A stretch of DNA of 64,000 nucleotides. Source: Octopus sinensis (Eukaryota). The notes under the pieces are model-generated. The model saw only the letters and a program-made list of their open reading frames with translations, had not been told where the DNA came from and searched no databases. A program made the position numbers and the translations under genes. Shown piece after piece: positions 1 to 12,774 of this stretch (positions are counted from its first letter, which is position 1; each line of letters opens with the position of its first letter). The DNA lies in assembly GCF_006345805.1 (NCBI RefSeq), contig NC_043016.1, positions 30,690,001 through 30,754,000 on the forward strand. The letters are read 5' to 3'.

Positions 1-988
1 GAATATTAATGCAATATATGGGGAGTGGACATTAAACATAACCTAGTGTCAACAGTGGTTCTGGAAATTCTGAGCTGGAAACTACAGCCTAGAAGATGAG
101 CCTCGTCCTGGGAGATCTGTAGAGCTTGACAAGGACATCCTACAAACCCTGATGGAACAAAATTCCATGGTAACTGCTGAGGAACTAGCAGAGAAGCTTG
201 GATTTGGTCATTAACCACTCATTGACACCTGCATACCATTGGAAAAGTCAGCAAATTGGGTCAGTGGGTTCCTTACAAACTTTCTTAGTCTAATCATGTG
301 CATAGAGTGAATGCTTGCTCTTCTTTGCTGTCACGTCTCATGAATGAACCTTTTTTGAACTGAATAGTGACTGGTGGCAAGAAATGGGTTCTCTATAAAA
401 AATGTCAAATGCCAAAGACAGTGGGTAGGGAAAGGAGAAACACCAGCACCCCAAACTAAAAATGGTCTTCACCCATGTAAGGTGTTGTTATCTGTTTGGT
501 AGAATATGAAAGGTTTAGTCCACTTTGAACTTTTAAACCCAAACCAAACAATAATAAAGGAGATCTACTGTGACCAGCATGAGCAGCTTAAGCCAGCGCT
601 AGAAGAAAAACAACCATCTTTGATTTCAGGACAAGAGGTGTTCTTCCATCAGGATAATTCTTGGCCACAAACAGTGAGGATGACATTCCAAAGGCTGGAA
701 CTGTTTGAATGGGAAACGATGTCACCAGACATTGCTCCATCTGATTATTATTTATTTTGCAGTCTTCAAAATCATTTTGATGAAAAAAGTATGAATTCTG
801 TAGATGGGGCCAGAACAGTACTGGAGGAGTATTTTTTGGAAGAGGGGACTTGGAAGTCTACCAGATAGACGAAAGAGCATTGTAGAAAATAAAAGAGAGT
901 ATATTTTAGATTAAAAAAGAACTTTGCCTTAGTTTTGAAAAATAAAAGAAGTATAAAAAAAAAACATTATTTATAGGATGACCCAATA
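1..988 (+). mobile_element. Decayed mariner transposon (3' part with right terminus)
   Basis: Mariner motifs in broken frames: LGQWVPYKL (about 256-283), IVTGGKKW, HFELLNPNQTI, FFHQDN, SPDIAPSDYYLF. A TIR-like end (..TATTTATAGGATGACCCAATA TA) lies at about 965-990. Confidence 0.85.
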
Positions 989-1344
989 TAAAGCATGATA
1001 TGGGTACATTTTATCATATTTGAGAGGTGTCTAGCCAGGAATAAAGTATCACATATCCTGTATCAGTTTTCATTTGTAGTTAAAGCTCTAGTAGATGTGC
1101 TGTGAAATACAGAGCTGACAAGTTATATGAGCACTTAGGAATAAATATTTGCTTCATCATAGTGAAACAAATTGCACACAATATTTTGAAAAATATACAA
1201 TTCAATATTATAGAAGACACTGTCCATACTACATCTTTTTAGTAGCTTTACCAAAAATTATTCAAGGTTTACTAAATTTGTTTTAAAAAAATTATCCTGA
1301 AGTCAGGGAGAAGAAACATGTTTTACTTAAATTGATTTCATATT

Positions 1345-1560
1345 TTGGCACAAGGCCAACAATTTCAAGGAGTGTGTGTGTGTGTGTGTGGTGGGTAAGT
1401 TGATTACATCAATAACCGTGTACAGTTGGTACTTATTTATTGATCCTGAAAGGGATGAAAGGCGCAGTTAACCTTGGCGGAATTTGAACTCAGAATGTGA
1501 AGATGGACGAAATGCTGCTAAACATTTTACCCAGTGTGCTAACAATTCTGCCAGCTCACC
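1345..1560 (-). mobile_element. SINE family B, degraded
   Basis: Matches the family B copies at 15120-15660 and 26545-26770. Confidence 0.75.
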
Positions 1561-1860
1561 AAATTTAAGTTACTTATTAAATTGTAAATTATTTTGAGAA
1601 GGAAAGATTCATTCCACAACATTATGTGTGTTAAAGGAAACAATACATCAGTACCAAATTATGATGCTAGTATAATCACTTTGGACTGCTATAAGTGTGC
1701 CACTACAAGGTCCAGTTCTTCTTGTAGTGCAGTGGCTTGCATGCCTCAATGACTTTGAGGACTATACCAGCAAAGTACAAGTTCCTGATAGAGTTTTCCA
1801 TGCTGGGCAGGTCAAAGGATAGAGGTCAGACTAATATGAACTACCTCTTCGGAGAAGTTC

Positions 1861-3718
1861 GAGGTTGGCCAAAAAGTCTGTTTGGTTTTTGCTGATACTA
1901 AACTTTAAGCACTCTAACAAGTAGCTAACTTCAGTCTGTCCCATGTGCATATGTACTCGTTGATACTTTAATATGGTTCAACATGTACTTGCAATGAAAT
2001 AGATTGTATTTTGTGTGTTTGGAATCACCCTGAAAATGAAGAACCAAAACAAACATTATCAACACCTCATGCTATTTTCATCTAAAGAAAGCAAGAATTT
2101 GGCAGAATTGCGTAGGAAGATATGCACTGTGTATGGAGAGGATGCCTTTATGGAACATGTGTGCCAGAAACGGTTTTCCAGATTTTGATTGAGAAATATT
2201 TTGGTTGAAGATGCACTCACTCTGGCTGGCTAACTGAGATTAACTCTTAAGCATTTCATCTGGCCATATTTGGCCCAAATAGTCTACCAGTTTTATGTTA
2301 AAACTGACCATATTTGACCTCTCATATCTACCCTATAATGTCATTGTAAAAAATATACAAATACACCATTGAAATCTTGAAGCTACAAGATAATGTGTGA
2401 TTAATTAAAAACAATGTAAATTAATAAGCAATACAATTGACAAAGAAATCTGAATGCTAAAGGGTTGACAGTGACACCAACTCACATTATATGACCAGGA
2501 TGATCAAGGATATTCCAAAGATATCTAAACTGAATGTTGAAAACTATCTGCATCAACTTGGTTGTGTCATCAACTTGGTTGAGTCATCAGCTTGATGTTT
2601 GGGTCCCCACATCAATTGAATGAAGCTAACCTCCCTCAACATATTTCTATCTTTGATTCATTGCAGAAACTTGTAGAAAACAATTTCTCTTATACTCTTT
2701 TTACTCTTTTACTTGTTTCAGTCATTTGACTGCGGCCATGCTGGAGCACCACCTTTAGTCGAGCAAATCAGCCCCAGGACTTATTCTTTGTAAGCCTAGT
2801 ACTTATTCTATCGGTCTCTTTTGCCGAATCACTAAGTTACGGGGACGTAAACACACCACCATCGGTTGTCAAGTGATGTTGGGGGGTACAAACACACACA
2901 TATATATACATATAGATATACATATATATGATGGGCTTCTTTCAGTTTCCATCTACCAAATCCACTCACAAGGCTTTGGTCAGCCTGAGGCTATAGTAGA
3001 AGACACTTGCCCAAGGTGCCATGCAGTGGGACTGAACCCGGAACAATGTGGTTGGTAAGCAAGCTACTTACCATACAGCCACTCCTGCGCCTATCCTTTG
3101 TTTGTTTGTTTTTTTTTTTGAAAAGAATGATAACAGGGGATAAAAAAAGTGGATTGGCTATAACAATACAAAGTACAAACAACCTCCAAAGCAGGATTTC
3201 ACCCAAAGAAGGCTATACTTTCAATTTGATAAGATTTGAAGGATGTTGCCTTTTGGAAGCTTTTTCCAACAGACAGGTCTGTGAATCTGGATGTGCACTG
3301 TGACCACCAAGACAAATTAAATGCAGTGATCCACCAGAAGCATCTGGCACTTGCTGATCATAAGGACGTTGTCTTTCATCATGACAATGCCAGACCACAC
3401 ACTTCTTTGCAGATGCAGCAGAAGTTACTGGGGCTTGACTGAGAAGTTTTGTCACACACTCCACATTCACTTGACCTTGCGCCTTCAGATTACAACCTGT
3501 TCCAGTCTCATCAAAATTCCTTGAACTCTAAGAAGGATGTAAAAATTCACCTGGAAAAGTTTTTTTGCCAGCAAAGACAGGAAACTCTTTGAGCAGGAAG
3601 TACTAGATTTGCCCTCAAGATGGCAAAAGACACTGGAACAAAACGATGATTATATCATTGACTGAATAAATTGCTTTGTGTTTCACTTAAAAGAACCAAA
3701 AGGACTTTTTGGTCACCA
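1861..3718 (+). mobile_element. Second decayed mariner, interrupted by a TTAA-type MITE (about 2241-2467) and a SINE (2686-3092)
   Basis: Imperfect TIRs GGTTGGCCAAAAAGTC..TTTGGTT / AACCAAAAGGACTTTTTGGTCACC. Remnants include ICTVYGE, VVFHHDNARPHTS and HTPHSLDLAPSDYNLF. Confidence 0.8.
2686..3092 (-). mobile_element. tRNA-derived SINE family A, full length
   Basis: Head GGCGCAGGAGTGGCTGTATGGTAAG..GGGTTCAGTCCC (A/B boxes), internal (TA/TG)n, tail (GTAAAAGA)n. More than 15 copies occur in the window. Confidence 0.9.
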
Positions 3719-4044
3719 CTGTAAAAATGGTATAGTGTAGGATGAGCAAACCTCGCAAGGAAGAAATTGAAGCAAAGTTACAGAAACATCAATATGACCA
3801 GGAAGAAGGCAGTTTCTCAGGGATTTTTAGGTCCTGACTTGGAATCCACAAAGGAGGAAAAGTGGACACCCTAAGAATAACAGGAAGTGGGATACTGAAG
3901 CAGAGTGGAAAATGCAGGGATCCAACCATTAAGAAGCTGAAAAAGAGGGACCAGAGTTAACAACAGTGAGAAAAGTTATCAAAGGCCTTATGCTTATGTA
4001 GATAATTAACAATCTGAGATATCCATGCCAATGAAGTTCTAGTT

Positions 4045-4333
4045 CCAGTTGATCCAATCAATGGAACAGCCTGCTTGTGAAATTAATGTGCAAACGGCTG
4101 AGTACTCCACAGACACCTGTACCCATAATGTAATTTTCAGGGAGATTCAGTATGACACAGAGTGTGACAAGGCTGGCCCTTTGAAATACAGGTACAACTC
4201 ATTTTTGCCAGCTGACTGGACTGGAGCAACATGAAATAAAGTGTCTTGCTCAAGGACACAACACATCACTGGGAATTGAACTTATGACCTTACGATCCTA
4301 AGATGAATACCCTAACCACTAAGCCACGCACCT
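4045..4333 (-). mobile_element. tRNA-derived SINE family E (second copy about 50305-50583)
   Basis: Minus-strand head GTGGCTTAGTGGTTAGG..AGTTCAATTCCC followed by TGTGTCCTTGAGCAAGACACTTTA. Two similar copies are present in the window. Confidence 0.75.
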
Positions 4334-4519
4334 TGTCAATGAAGGAAAGTTATACAAATGAATAGTTCATCAGACCAGAAGTGACTCGGTTAGAAATTAA
4401 AAGAAGCATTCCAACAACATGCATTGTAGCAAATAAAGAATAGTTATAAATGTTAAATAGCAAGTTGATGAGTTTGCAAGGAAAGGAAACAAAACTACAA
4501 AAGGGCCACATCTTTATCT

Positions 4520-4962
4520 TTTTCTTTTATTCGTTTCAGGTCATTGTACTGTGGCCATGTTGGGAATTTGGTCTGAAGAGTTAAGTTGAACAAATCGCAC
4601 CCAAGTACTTATTTTATAAATCTTATTCTAACAGTCTCTTTTGCCGAACCATTAAGTTACAAGGATGTAAACAACCCAATGCTGATTGTCAAAAGTTTGT
4701 TGAGGGAACAAGCACAAACTCAAAGACACATCTGCACATACACACATACAAATATATGTATACATGTATATATATGTGTGTGTGTGTGTGTGTCTGTGTA
4801 CATGATGAGTTTCCACACAGTTTCTGGCAACCAAATTCATCACAAGTTATTAGTTGACCCAGGATTATAGCAGAAGATGACCCAAGATGCCATTCAGTGG
4901 AAGTGAACCCAAAACCTTATGGTTGCAAAGTGAACTTCTTAACCACACAGAAATGCCTATAC
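4520..4962 (-). mobile_element. SINE family A, degraded
   Basis: Diverged match to family A along its length. Confidence 0.7.
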
Positions 4963-5808
4963 CTATGTTAACATTGTTTCAATTATTCAATGGGTTTTGT
5001 GAAAATAGTATTTCAATTTCTAATCTCAGGTTAATGTGTGAATTTGTATTTTGTTTAACTGGAACTGCTAAAATGAAAAATTAAAAATTGATCTACAAAC
5101 TAGAAATAAGTCGCCTTGCTGTAAATTGAACATATATTTAATTTTGATTGTAATTCTTAGCAAGTGATGACAGACTGTAGAACTGGTATTGTTGAAATAT
5201 ATCTGCATATTTTTGTTTGCTTGTTTGAACAATTATCATTTATGTTTTAAGAATTTTTAATAAATTTAAAATCCATACTAAAACTCTTTGTGTTTAACTA
5301 ACTTACTATTTTATAATCTATCTTTATCTATCCTCTCACTTTCTGAAGAATACTCTTGTCCAAGACAAGATAGTTCTCTTCCTCATGCAACATTGGTGTA
5401 CCTTAATTTACTAGATTGGCAACCAATCTAGTTTGCCAAAGATCTGAAAAAAATAATTGCTCATTTATAACTTACATACATTATATACAAATTTCTATCT
5501 TTAACAGAAATTCCCTATTCAGTTTGTGCATGTTGAAGCTATGGTAAAATAAGATCGGTCAATCAGAGTTAGAGAACCAGTTTGAGAAAGGGGTTAAAAT
5601 CTGTAGATTTTAGACAATCAGTATAACAAATACATGCTTTGCAATTAATGTTTAGTAATAAAAAATATCAAAGAACAAGTATTCATTTTATTCTTTTTAT
5701 CAAATATAATAAACAACATACTGTATTATGGAAATGATATATTACACACAGATTCATATATGTATGCATATATACATATACATATATACACACACACCTT
5801 ATACATAC

Positions 5809-7269
5809 CTGAAACAAAGGTTGATGTCTTCCTTGTCCCATTGCCTGTGCAATAACTGCAACACATTCTAATGCAGCTCGTCTTACATTTCGCTTCGAGT
5901 CTGTTAAAAGGGGTACAATTTCCTTACACAAAGCATATAAATCAAATTCATAGCTTGGAAACGTCAGCAAAGCTGCAATTAAGATATTAATCATATCTTG
6001 TCTTACTCGTGAGTTCTTATGGCGTAGGTTATCTAGCATAACACCAAGTACAAGCTTAGGTGTAGCATTTTGCATAAGTTTTATAGTCACTTTCATAATG
6101 CCTTGCCTAATAACAATCTTATTATTACCCAATCGTCTTGCCAATGTCGATACAAGATGCTTCAGAAAATGCTGAGCATCTTGCTCAAGTTTTTCCACGA
6201 GAATACTTAAAATCTCCAGGGCAATAGTTGTTATTTTAAAGTTAGAGTCATCAAGTAAGTTATCTACAAAATAAATGAATTGTAACATATGTGGGCCCAT
6301 TTTATAGAAAATTTTCTGTCTTGAAAGAGAATGCAGAATTCCTTTAACACGCTCAACAGCTGGTGCTCTGAGTCTGTAACCATCTTCAAGTCGCAATATT
6401 TGAGCAATAATTTGCTGTGGAAACACTCCAAATCCATTATCATCAGAGTGAAATATTTCTGTTTGTTGACCATCTTGGTAATTTGAATTCTGTGGGTGAG
6501 GTTGTTGGTATGGAAATTGGCGTTGTTGGTTGGTGTGGAAAATTGGCTGTGCGAGAGAATATTCTTGAGAATCATTCAAATCGGAATAAAGTTCCCTATC
6601 TTCAGGGAGTAATTCTCTTAGATATGACAATCTAATATCTTCAGGTAGCCTATGCAAATAAGATTTGAATTTGTTTAAGCCAACAAGTTCAGAAATTGTC
6701 TGTAGGGCAAGCATTGCAAGCTCTTGTAAATTATCATTGTAATCCTGGGACACTATTTTTGTTAGAGACTGGACATAAGGGAAAACGTTGCGACCACTCA
6801 GATCTTTAGTGAAAAGAATTGGTAAAGCAAAAACCCATTCCTTTTTAATATGATCGTTGCTATTTTCTAGTCCATAAAGCACAATGGCCTTGGACAATTC
6901 TTCAAAGTTATTCGTATATTTCATATATAAATGCATAGCTTGTATTGAAGTTCGACGAACAGGTTTTTTAATATCAGCAAAAGCTAGAATTAAATTTTTT
7001 AAGATCAAAAACATGCAAGAGTCAATGTTAAATCCTAACTGAGGTATTAGATCTACAATCAAATGGAGACATTTTAACCTGACCTCCCAAGCAACATCTA
7101 CCAAAACAACATCCAAGCCTCTGAAAATTGTCCACGGATCTTCCCACGGTAATCGACCTCCATTTCGTTTAACTGTCAATTGTAATTGTTTTAAAGTTTC
7201 CAGTTTTTTAATCGAACTTTGATCATTCAAATGATCTAAAACTTCATCTTGTTCCATGTTCTTCATCAT
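5809..7269 (-). CDS. TOGARAM1: First coding exon (487 codons) of TOG array regulator of axonemal microtubules / crescerin (FAM179B, CHE-12 family)
   Basis: The ORF has two HEAT-repeat (TOG) blocks separated by a Q/P/H-rich linker. The segments FGVFPQ..NLLDDSNFK..LGNNKIVIRQ..HKNSRVR..LLTFPSYEFDL..DSKRNVRRAALE match the TOGARAM1 TOG2 sequence as I recall it. A phase-0 donor CAG|GTATGT lies at 5809/5808; the ORF-track extension to 5683 is intronic. Confidence 0.92.
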
Positions 7270-7352
7270 GTGGGGGGCATGTACACAGAACTTAAAATAA
7301 ATTACACCACAACAAACGAGTCGGTTATTAAGGAAGAACGAATCAGTAAATG

Positions 7353-7383
7353 GACGTCACAGCCAAGACAGTCGAATGGCAAC
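7353..7383. promoter_or_regulatory. Candidate RFX X-box (7371-7383) and CRE-like site (7353-7360) upstream of the TOGARAM1 ATG
   Basis: The minus strand reads GTTGCCATTCGAC (strong GTTGCCAT half-site) and GTGACGTC, in a CpG-containing unique region. Ciliary genes are commonly RFX targets. Confidence 0.35.
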
Positions 7384-8301
7384 CGTGACAAGAACAATAA
7401 CATAAGTCGCGGCTACAACAAGCACTCATCGCCACAAATAATTTTTAAAATACTAGCTTAAATTAGAAATATACCTTAATTGTATTTGAAAGAAAAAAAA
7501 AAAGATTTCCATAGAGAATCCTTGTTATTTCATTGTTTCGTGCTATGATGTCATGAAAAGTCAAAGCAGCCGAGTAACGGAAATTCGGTAGCGTTGCTAA
7601 CGTCAACAACAAAACGCAGTTGGGGCATCGAACCAAAGCTAGACTGAGCGATGTCCCTTCTTGTAGCTAACAAAAGCTCTGATTCTTTTCGAAACTGGCA
7701 TGAAGACACATCGCAGTGAAGTAGTGTGAACATCTTTGACAGTCCTGATTCGTCTATTAATTTTGCCGGGCTCCACATTGAAACAGGGTTATTCGACGAG
7801 TTAGCTGTTCGTATAGAAGTATAAACATGATGGCGACGGCTGAGAATGCGGCGATACTGCTGGAGAAGTTGTCATCAACAACAGCCTTAACAACAGTGGT
7901 CATGTGACAAAGCTGGCACGCTGAAGGGAAATTACTCTCATCGCTACACAATTAATGTTGATTTTCTTCAAACTTTCATTTAGCACCCGGCCGAGTGTGT
8001 TCCATTAAGCTGATTGGCAATAAAAATTCATCTTGTTGTATACAACATTGCTATAAATGACAACTCAATTAATTAATTACAAATGATAGCGAAATAATTT
8101 CCTCAATTTTAAATGAATTATTACACTCAGCTTTGGTTATGTTTTCAATTAAAGACAGTTTCTCTTTTCACTCACTAAATCACATTGTTTCAGATTGATC
8201 ATTGCTTTTTATTGTCTTGTTTTTCTTTTTGTATATATATATATATTTGCAGTACTTTATTCTCTACACTTCTTTCCCTTCAGGTGTTAATTTCGTTCCT
8301 G

Positions 8302-8333
<32 letters not shown>

Positions 8334-8394
8334 TTAGTGTATCTTGGGAGGGTCGTTATGCCAATAATAAACCCCCACACAAATACGAAAACGA

Positions 8395-8720
8395 ATGTAT
8401 GTATGTATGTATGTATGTATGTATGTATGTATGTATGTATGTATGTATGTATGTATGTTGTATGTATGTATGTATGTGTGTATGTATATATATGTATGTA
8501 TGTACACATGTATGTATGTATGTATTATGTATGTATGTATGTGTGTATGTATGTATGTATGTATGTATGTGTGTGTATGTATATATATGTATGTACACAT
8601 GTATGTATGTGTGTGTGTATGTATGTATGTGCGTGTGTGTATGTATGTATATGCGTGTATGTATGTGCGTGTGTGTATGTTTGTCAGTTTACATATGTAT
8701 ATTCAAGTATGTATGTATGG
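8395..8720. repeat. (TATG)n/(TG)n microsatellite
   Basis: Seen directly; it is the source of the spurious MYVC ORFs. Confidence 0.95.
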
Positions 8721-9479
8721 GCATATATAAAGTAATAACAATTATCTTTTGTACAACAGTCATTCTCCTGATATTTATACTTTTACTACTTATCTATGTA
8801 ACTATGTATCTTAACATTATCATTAAATTCTTATTGTAAAGTGGGCGTTAACATACTTATTGTAGTGAGCCACGAAATTTTTACTAATTAAAATTACTAT
8901 TTAAATTTATATTATTTATATCCGGGTATTTTGCGATGGTCACTCTGTCGATAAAATATGCACCGTTTGTACTTCATTAATTGTTATTATTAATTCATTT
9001 GTCAATTGATTAAAGTGTCAATGGCCAGTGCTGATCACCTGATCATGGAAACACTCTGTCCAACTGACACTAATAGGTTGGCTTAAAACCATTGTCGTCA
9101 TCCAGCAATGGATCGAAAACACCTGAGAGGAATTGATCTGTCGAAGTCTTTTATTACGTAACTGTTGCTTTTACAATGCGTTCAAGGCCCATTTTGTTGT
9201 AATGATAGCTTTTGAGAGAAACTTAGACGTATTCTCTCCCTCTTTGTTCCTTACTTTTCGAATCTCTTTGTCCCGTTTCTAGAGTAATAAATATTTATTC
9301 ATGAAGGTGTAGATCTGACACGAAAATTTCACAACAGAGGGTGGTGCATCCAGTTTTTGACAGTATATTATGGTGCAAAAATGGGATCTTTACCTTTTGA
9401 CCTACAGATTTAAAAAATAATTTTTTGTAACTAAACACTTTCAAACTTCGGACACTGGTAGAATGTGTCATATAAAACA

Positions 9480-9665
9480 TGTTTTACTCTTAGCATTTTT
9501 GAGAAAAACTTATATTTACGAAGTAATTTCACGTTAAAGTAGTCCTATTTCGGCAATTTCAACCAACCAATGACGTGTATTCAGCTAAATAAAATTACTA
9601 CTGTTATTTGTCAACAACTATCGGCGGTGTATTTTTCGTTTGTAGGGTTAGGGTTAGGGTTAGGA
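9480..9665 (+). repeat. About 155-bp dispersed repeat fragment (direct copy at about 10835-10985), followed by a short (TTAGGG)n run at 9643-9664
   Basis: TTTTTGAGAAAAACTTA..GAAGTAATTTCA..AAAATTACT..ACTATCGGCGG is present at both sites. Confidence 0.75.
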
Positions 9666-10104
9666 TATTCCATGAACACCAATGACGTGCATGTAAAAAA
9701 AAATAAAATGTCAAACATGTGTGGGCGTGAGCAAAAGAAAAAAATAAATAAAACTTCGTATTGATTTCAAGCATAAAACAAGTAATATGATATTTAAGAA
9801 AAATCGTTCGCTAGTTCAATATTTCCTTAATGCTCGTTAGTACAGACAACAACATCCTATATGCCACATCATTTGTGTAAAAGGCCCAAAATTATAATGG
9901 TTGTAACGGTTGCCCAAGACAAGTGTATAACATGGTATATCCAGTGATATACCATACAAATTTTAGCCATCACTGTAATGTTTAATCTAAAACATATGGA
10001 CCAATGTAAAATTTTTTAATGTTTCTATTACATCAGTCCATAGAGATTAAAAGAAAAAAAGGTGTTAGTTTACATTCATCCATGTCTTTTAGATTACACA
10101 TCAT

Positions 10105-10630
10105 GCCGTTTGCCAGCTCTGTCTGGCCCCCGTGTTGGTGGCACGTAAAAGCACCATCCGTTCGTGTCCATTTGCCAGTTCTAATTGGCCCCCGTGTCAG
10201 TGGCACGTAAAAGCACCATCCGTTCGTGTCCGTTGCCAGCCTCGGCTGGCCCCCGTGCCGGTGACACGTAAAAGCACCGTCCGTTCGTGGCCGTTTGCCA
10301 GCTCTGTCTGCCCCCCGTGTTGGTGGCACGTAAAAGCACCATCCGTTCGTGTTCGTTGCCAGCCTCGCCTGGCCCCGTGCCGGTGACACGTAAAAGCACT
10401 ATCCGTTCGTGGCCGTTTGCCAGCTCTGTCTGGCACCTGTGCGGGTGGCACGTAAAAAGCACCCACTACACTCACGGAGTGGTTGGCGTTAGGAAGGGCA
10501 TCCAGCCGTAGAAACACTGCCAGATCTGACAGCCTGATGAAGCCTTCCGGCTTCACAGACCCCAGTTGAACCGTCCAACCCATGCTAGCATGGAAAGCGG
10601 ACGCTAAATGATGATGATGATGATGATGAT
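10105..10630 (+). mobile_element. RTE-type 3' end (family D) with an approximately 58-bp minisatellite and a (GAT)n tail
   Basis: About 6 tandem units (..GGCACGTAAAAGCACCATCCGTTCGTG..) followed by GGAAGGGCATCCAGCCGTAGAAAC..CCATGCTAGCATGGAAAGCGGACG(TGA)n. The same 3' end terminates the RTE copies at 55620 and 62349. Confidence 0.85.
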
Positions 10631-12774
10631 ATAGCTAATACATTTCAGATTACATGTCAACAACAACTACTAATACTAGATTCCTAACTGGTGACAAGAG
10701 GGCGAGGCTGTCCTCTTCACCAATCTGCTGCATGATGGATTCTGGTGATGATGTTATTCTATGCTTTCCAATCCATGGTGCTGGCCTTAGCATGCTTGAG
10801 GTTGAGACATTGTGACTTAAGGTCATCCTCTTAGTCTTAGAATTTTTGAGAAAAACTTACATTTACGAAGTAATTTCATGTTAAAGTAGTACTACTTTGG
10901 TAATTTCAACCAATCAATGATGTGTATTCAGCTGAATAAAATTACTGCTGTTATTTGTCAACAACAACTATCGGCGGAGTATTTTTAAAATTAAGGTTTT
11001 GCCCATATCTTCTTTGGTGCACTGTGCTTGATTCTCTAGCGTGTGGGTCACTGCCACTACAAAAGCTGATGTGGTAGAGTACCACTAATTAAATAAAAAT
11101 TTATCTAACCATCATTTTATATCCATTTTTCAATGCTAGCATGTGTTGGCAAGTCTGCTCAAGTATAGTGTGTTGACACTTAATGTAGTTCTATGTCAGC
11201 TTCGAGGAGGTTTAATCCTGATATCAAACCTCACTTTTTCATCCACGGGCTCCTTCCACCTGTATTCACTCAACACTTCTTCATGTGGATCATATCCGTA
11301 CCAGTACAACTGTCTCTTTTCCTTAATCCCTATTCCTTTCATGCCCATTCTTCAATATCTCAGCCCACCTGAATGCCATTGTTCATAAATTCTGACATTA
11401 CACTTTCAGAAGAATATGCCCCATTTCTTTCAATTATCAGCATATCTTTTACATTCAGTGTCTACTTCTCATTACCATGCAATTTGCACATAGATCAGTT
11501 AAAACAGAAATACATTGATAAAGACATTAATTGTAATTATGTTGAAAAGTAAATTTTTGAAAATGAGGCTTGTTTCAATGTCTCAAGATATACATTGTTT
11601 TTGGCTATCTTGCTCAACTAGTTATGTGTGTGTTTGTGTGCGTGTGTGTGTGTGTGTGCACTTAGTAAATCCTTGCTATAGTATTTTCTTCTACATATGT
11701 GATTAGGCTTTTGGTGCCTAATCACATCTCACACTCAGTCTTTTCACAAAGGTAACAATGCACATCAAAAGATCATATTAAATTTCAGTAGGTCCTGTTT
11801 TACTGTTATATATCTTCTTTCTGGTGTACACTTATGCTTCATTCACTGCTAATAGATTTATACGGTAAACTGTCATCCCTCATAAACTATGCAATGAGCT
11901 ATTTGAGCAGTTGATATCTTCTGGAGTTACTCACAGTTTAAGGATACTCATGTAGTCAGTTATTCCCATGCAGCTATATTTTTGTCTTCTTGTTGGTCCG
12001 CAGCCACCAACCCACCCAACTCAACTTTTGCATATATCTTAATTATATTAATTTAATACAATATTGTGTCCTCGTCTTCCCACCATCTATTTCTGAGCCA
12101 AAGCAACTTTTCTGAAGCTATTGAGTGTGAGTGTGGTTTGGTAAGCCAGGAGTTGGAAATTTGTTTAAACATTTTGTTGTTTTCACACATCAAACTAATT
12201 GCAATATTTAGTTTCAATGAATTGTATTTATTTCCATATTGACATTACAAAAGTTACTTGCCAAAAGGCTGTGATGCTGAATGCCAATAGCAAATGTGTG
12301 GGCATGTACATTTGGAGACAGGAGATGTGCTTGGTGAGGTGGTCTTTTAACATGAGTTTAAAGTGGCATGGCTACAAGCAGGCCAAGATAATCTCTTCAA
12401 GACTTCTAGCCATTCTGTTTCCTTTGCCTTGTATTTTTCCTGTGTCTCAATTTATAACCATGGTTTGGCACAAATATGCATGGAATTTTCCATTAGTCTT
12501 GCTGCCACAGAAGTGCATCAGAATTATGATTAGCCAAAATACAGGCCAAGATGCATCATGGCCTTCGTTTGTTACTCAGCTGACATGGTTTAAAATGCTA
12601 AGTAGTACTACAAGTCTGCTATTACAAGTATCTTAGTTAACAGCTTTGTTACTTTTTAGACCTTTTAAAAGTTTTCTTTTACTTATTTCTAGATCATTCT
12701 TCCAAATTTTAAATTTCTTTAAAAACATACAACATGGCACTGGAGTGGCTGTGTGGTAAGAAGCTTGCTTCCCA

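Noticed and set aside
2873-3303. Recurrent short ORFs such as IVEDTCPRCHAVGLNPEPCG and SSLLTNHMVPGSVPL
   Set aside because: Chance frames of SINE A; their recurrence reflects SINE copy number.
5683-5808. C-terminal 41 aa of the 528-aa ORF
   Set aside because: Lies after a strong GTATGT donor and is TA/TG-repeat intronic sequence.
9643-9664. (TTAGGG)n as a telomere relic
   Set aside because: Only about 3.5 units, attached to a dispersed repeat fragment.
10105-10460. CRISPR-like appearance of the regularly spaced repeats (also 49005-49352)
   Set aside because: The spacers are homologous to each other, there are no cas genes, and the context is a eukaryotic retroelement UTR.
10531-10556. CTGATGAAGCC-TTCC-GGCTTC as a hammerhead
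   Set aside because: No GAAA follows the stem, and other family D copies read CTAGTGCAGCC at this position.
12199-12636. 145-aa ORF
   Set aside because: Non-ATG start, no recognisable motifs and no splice context.
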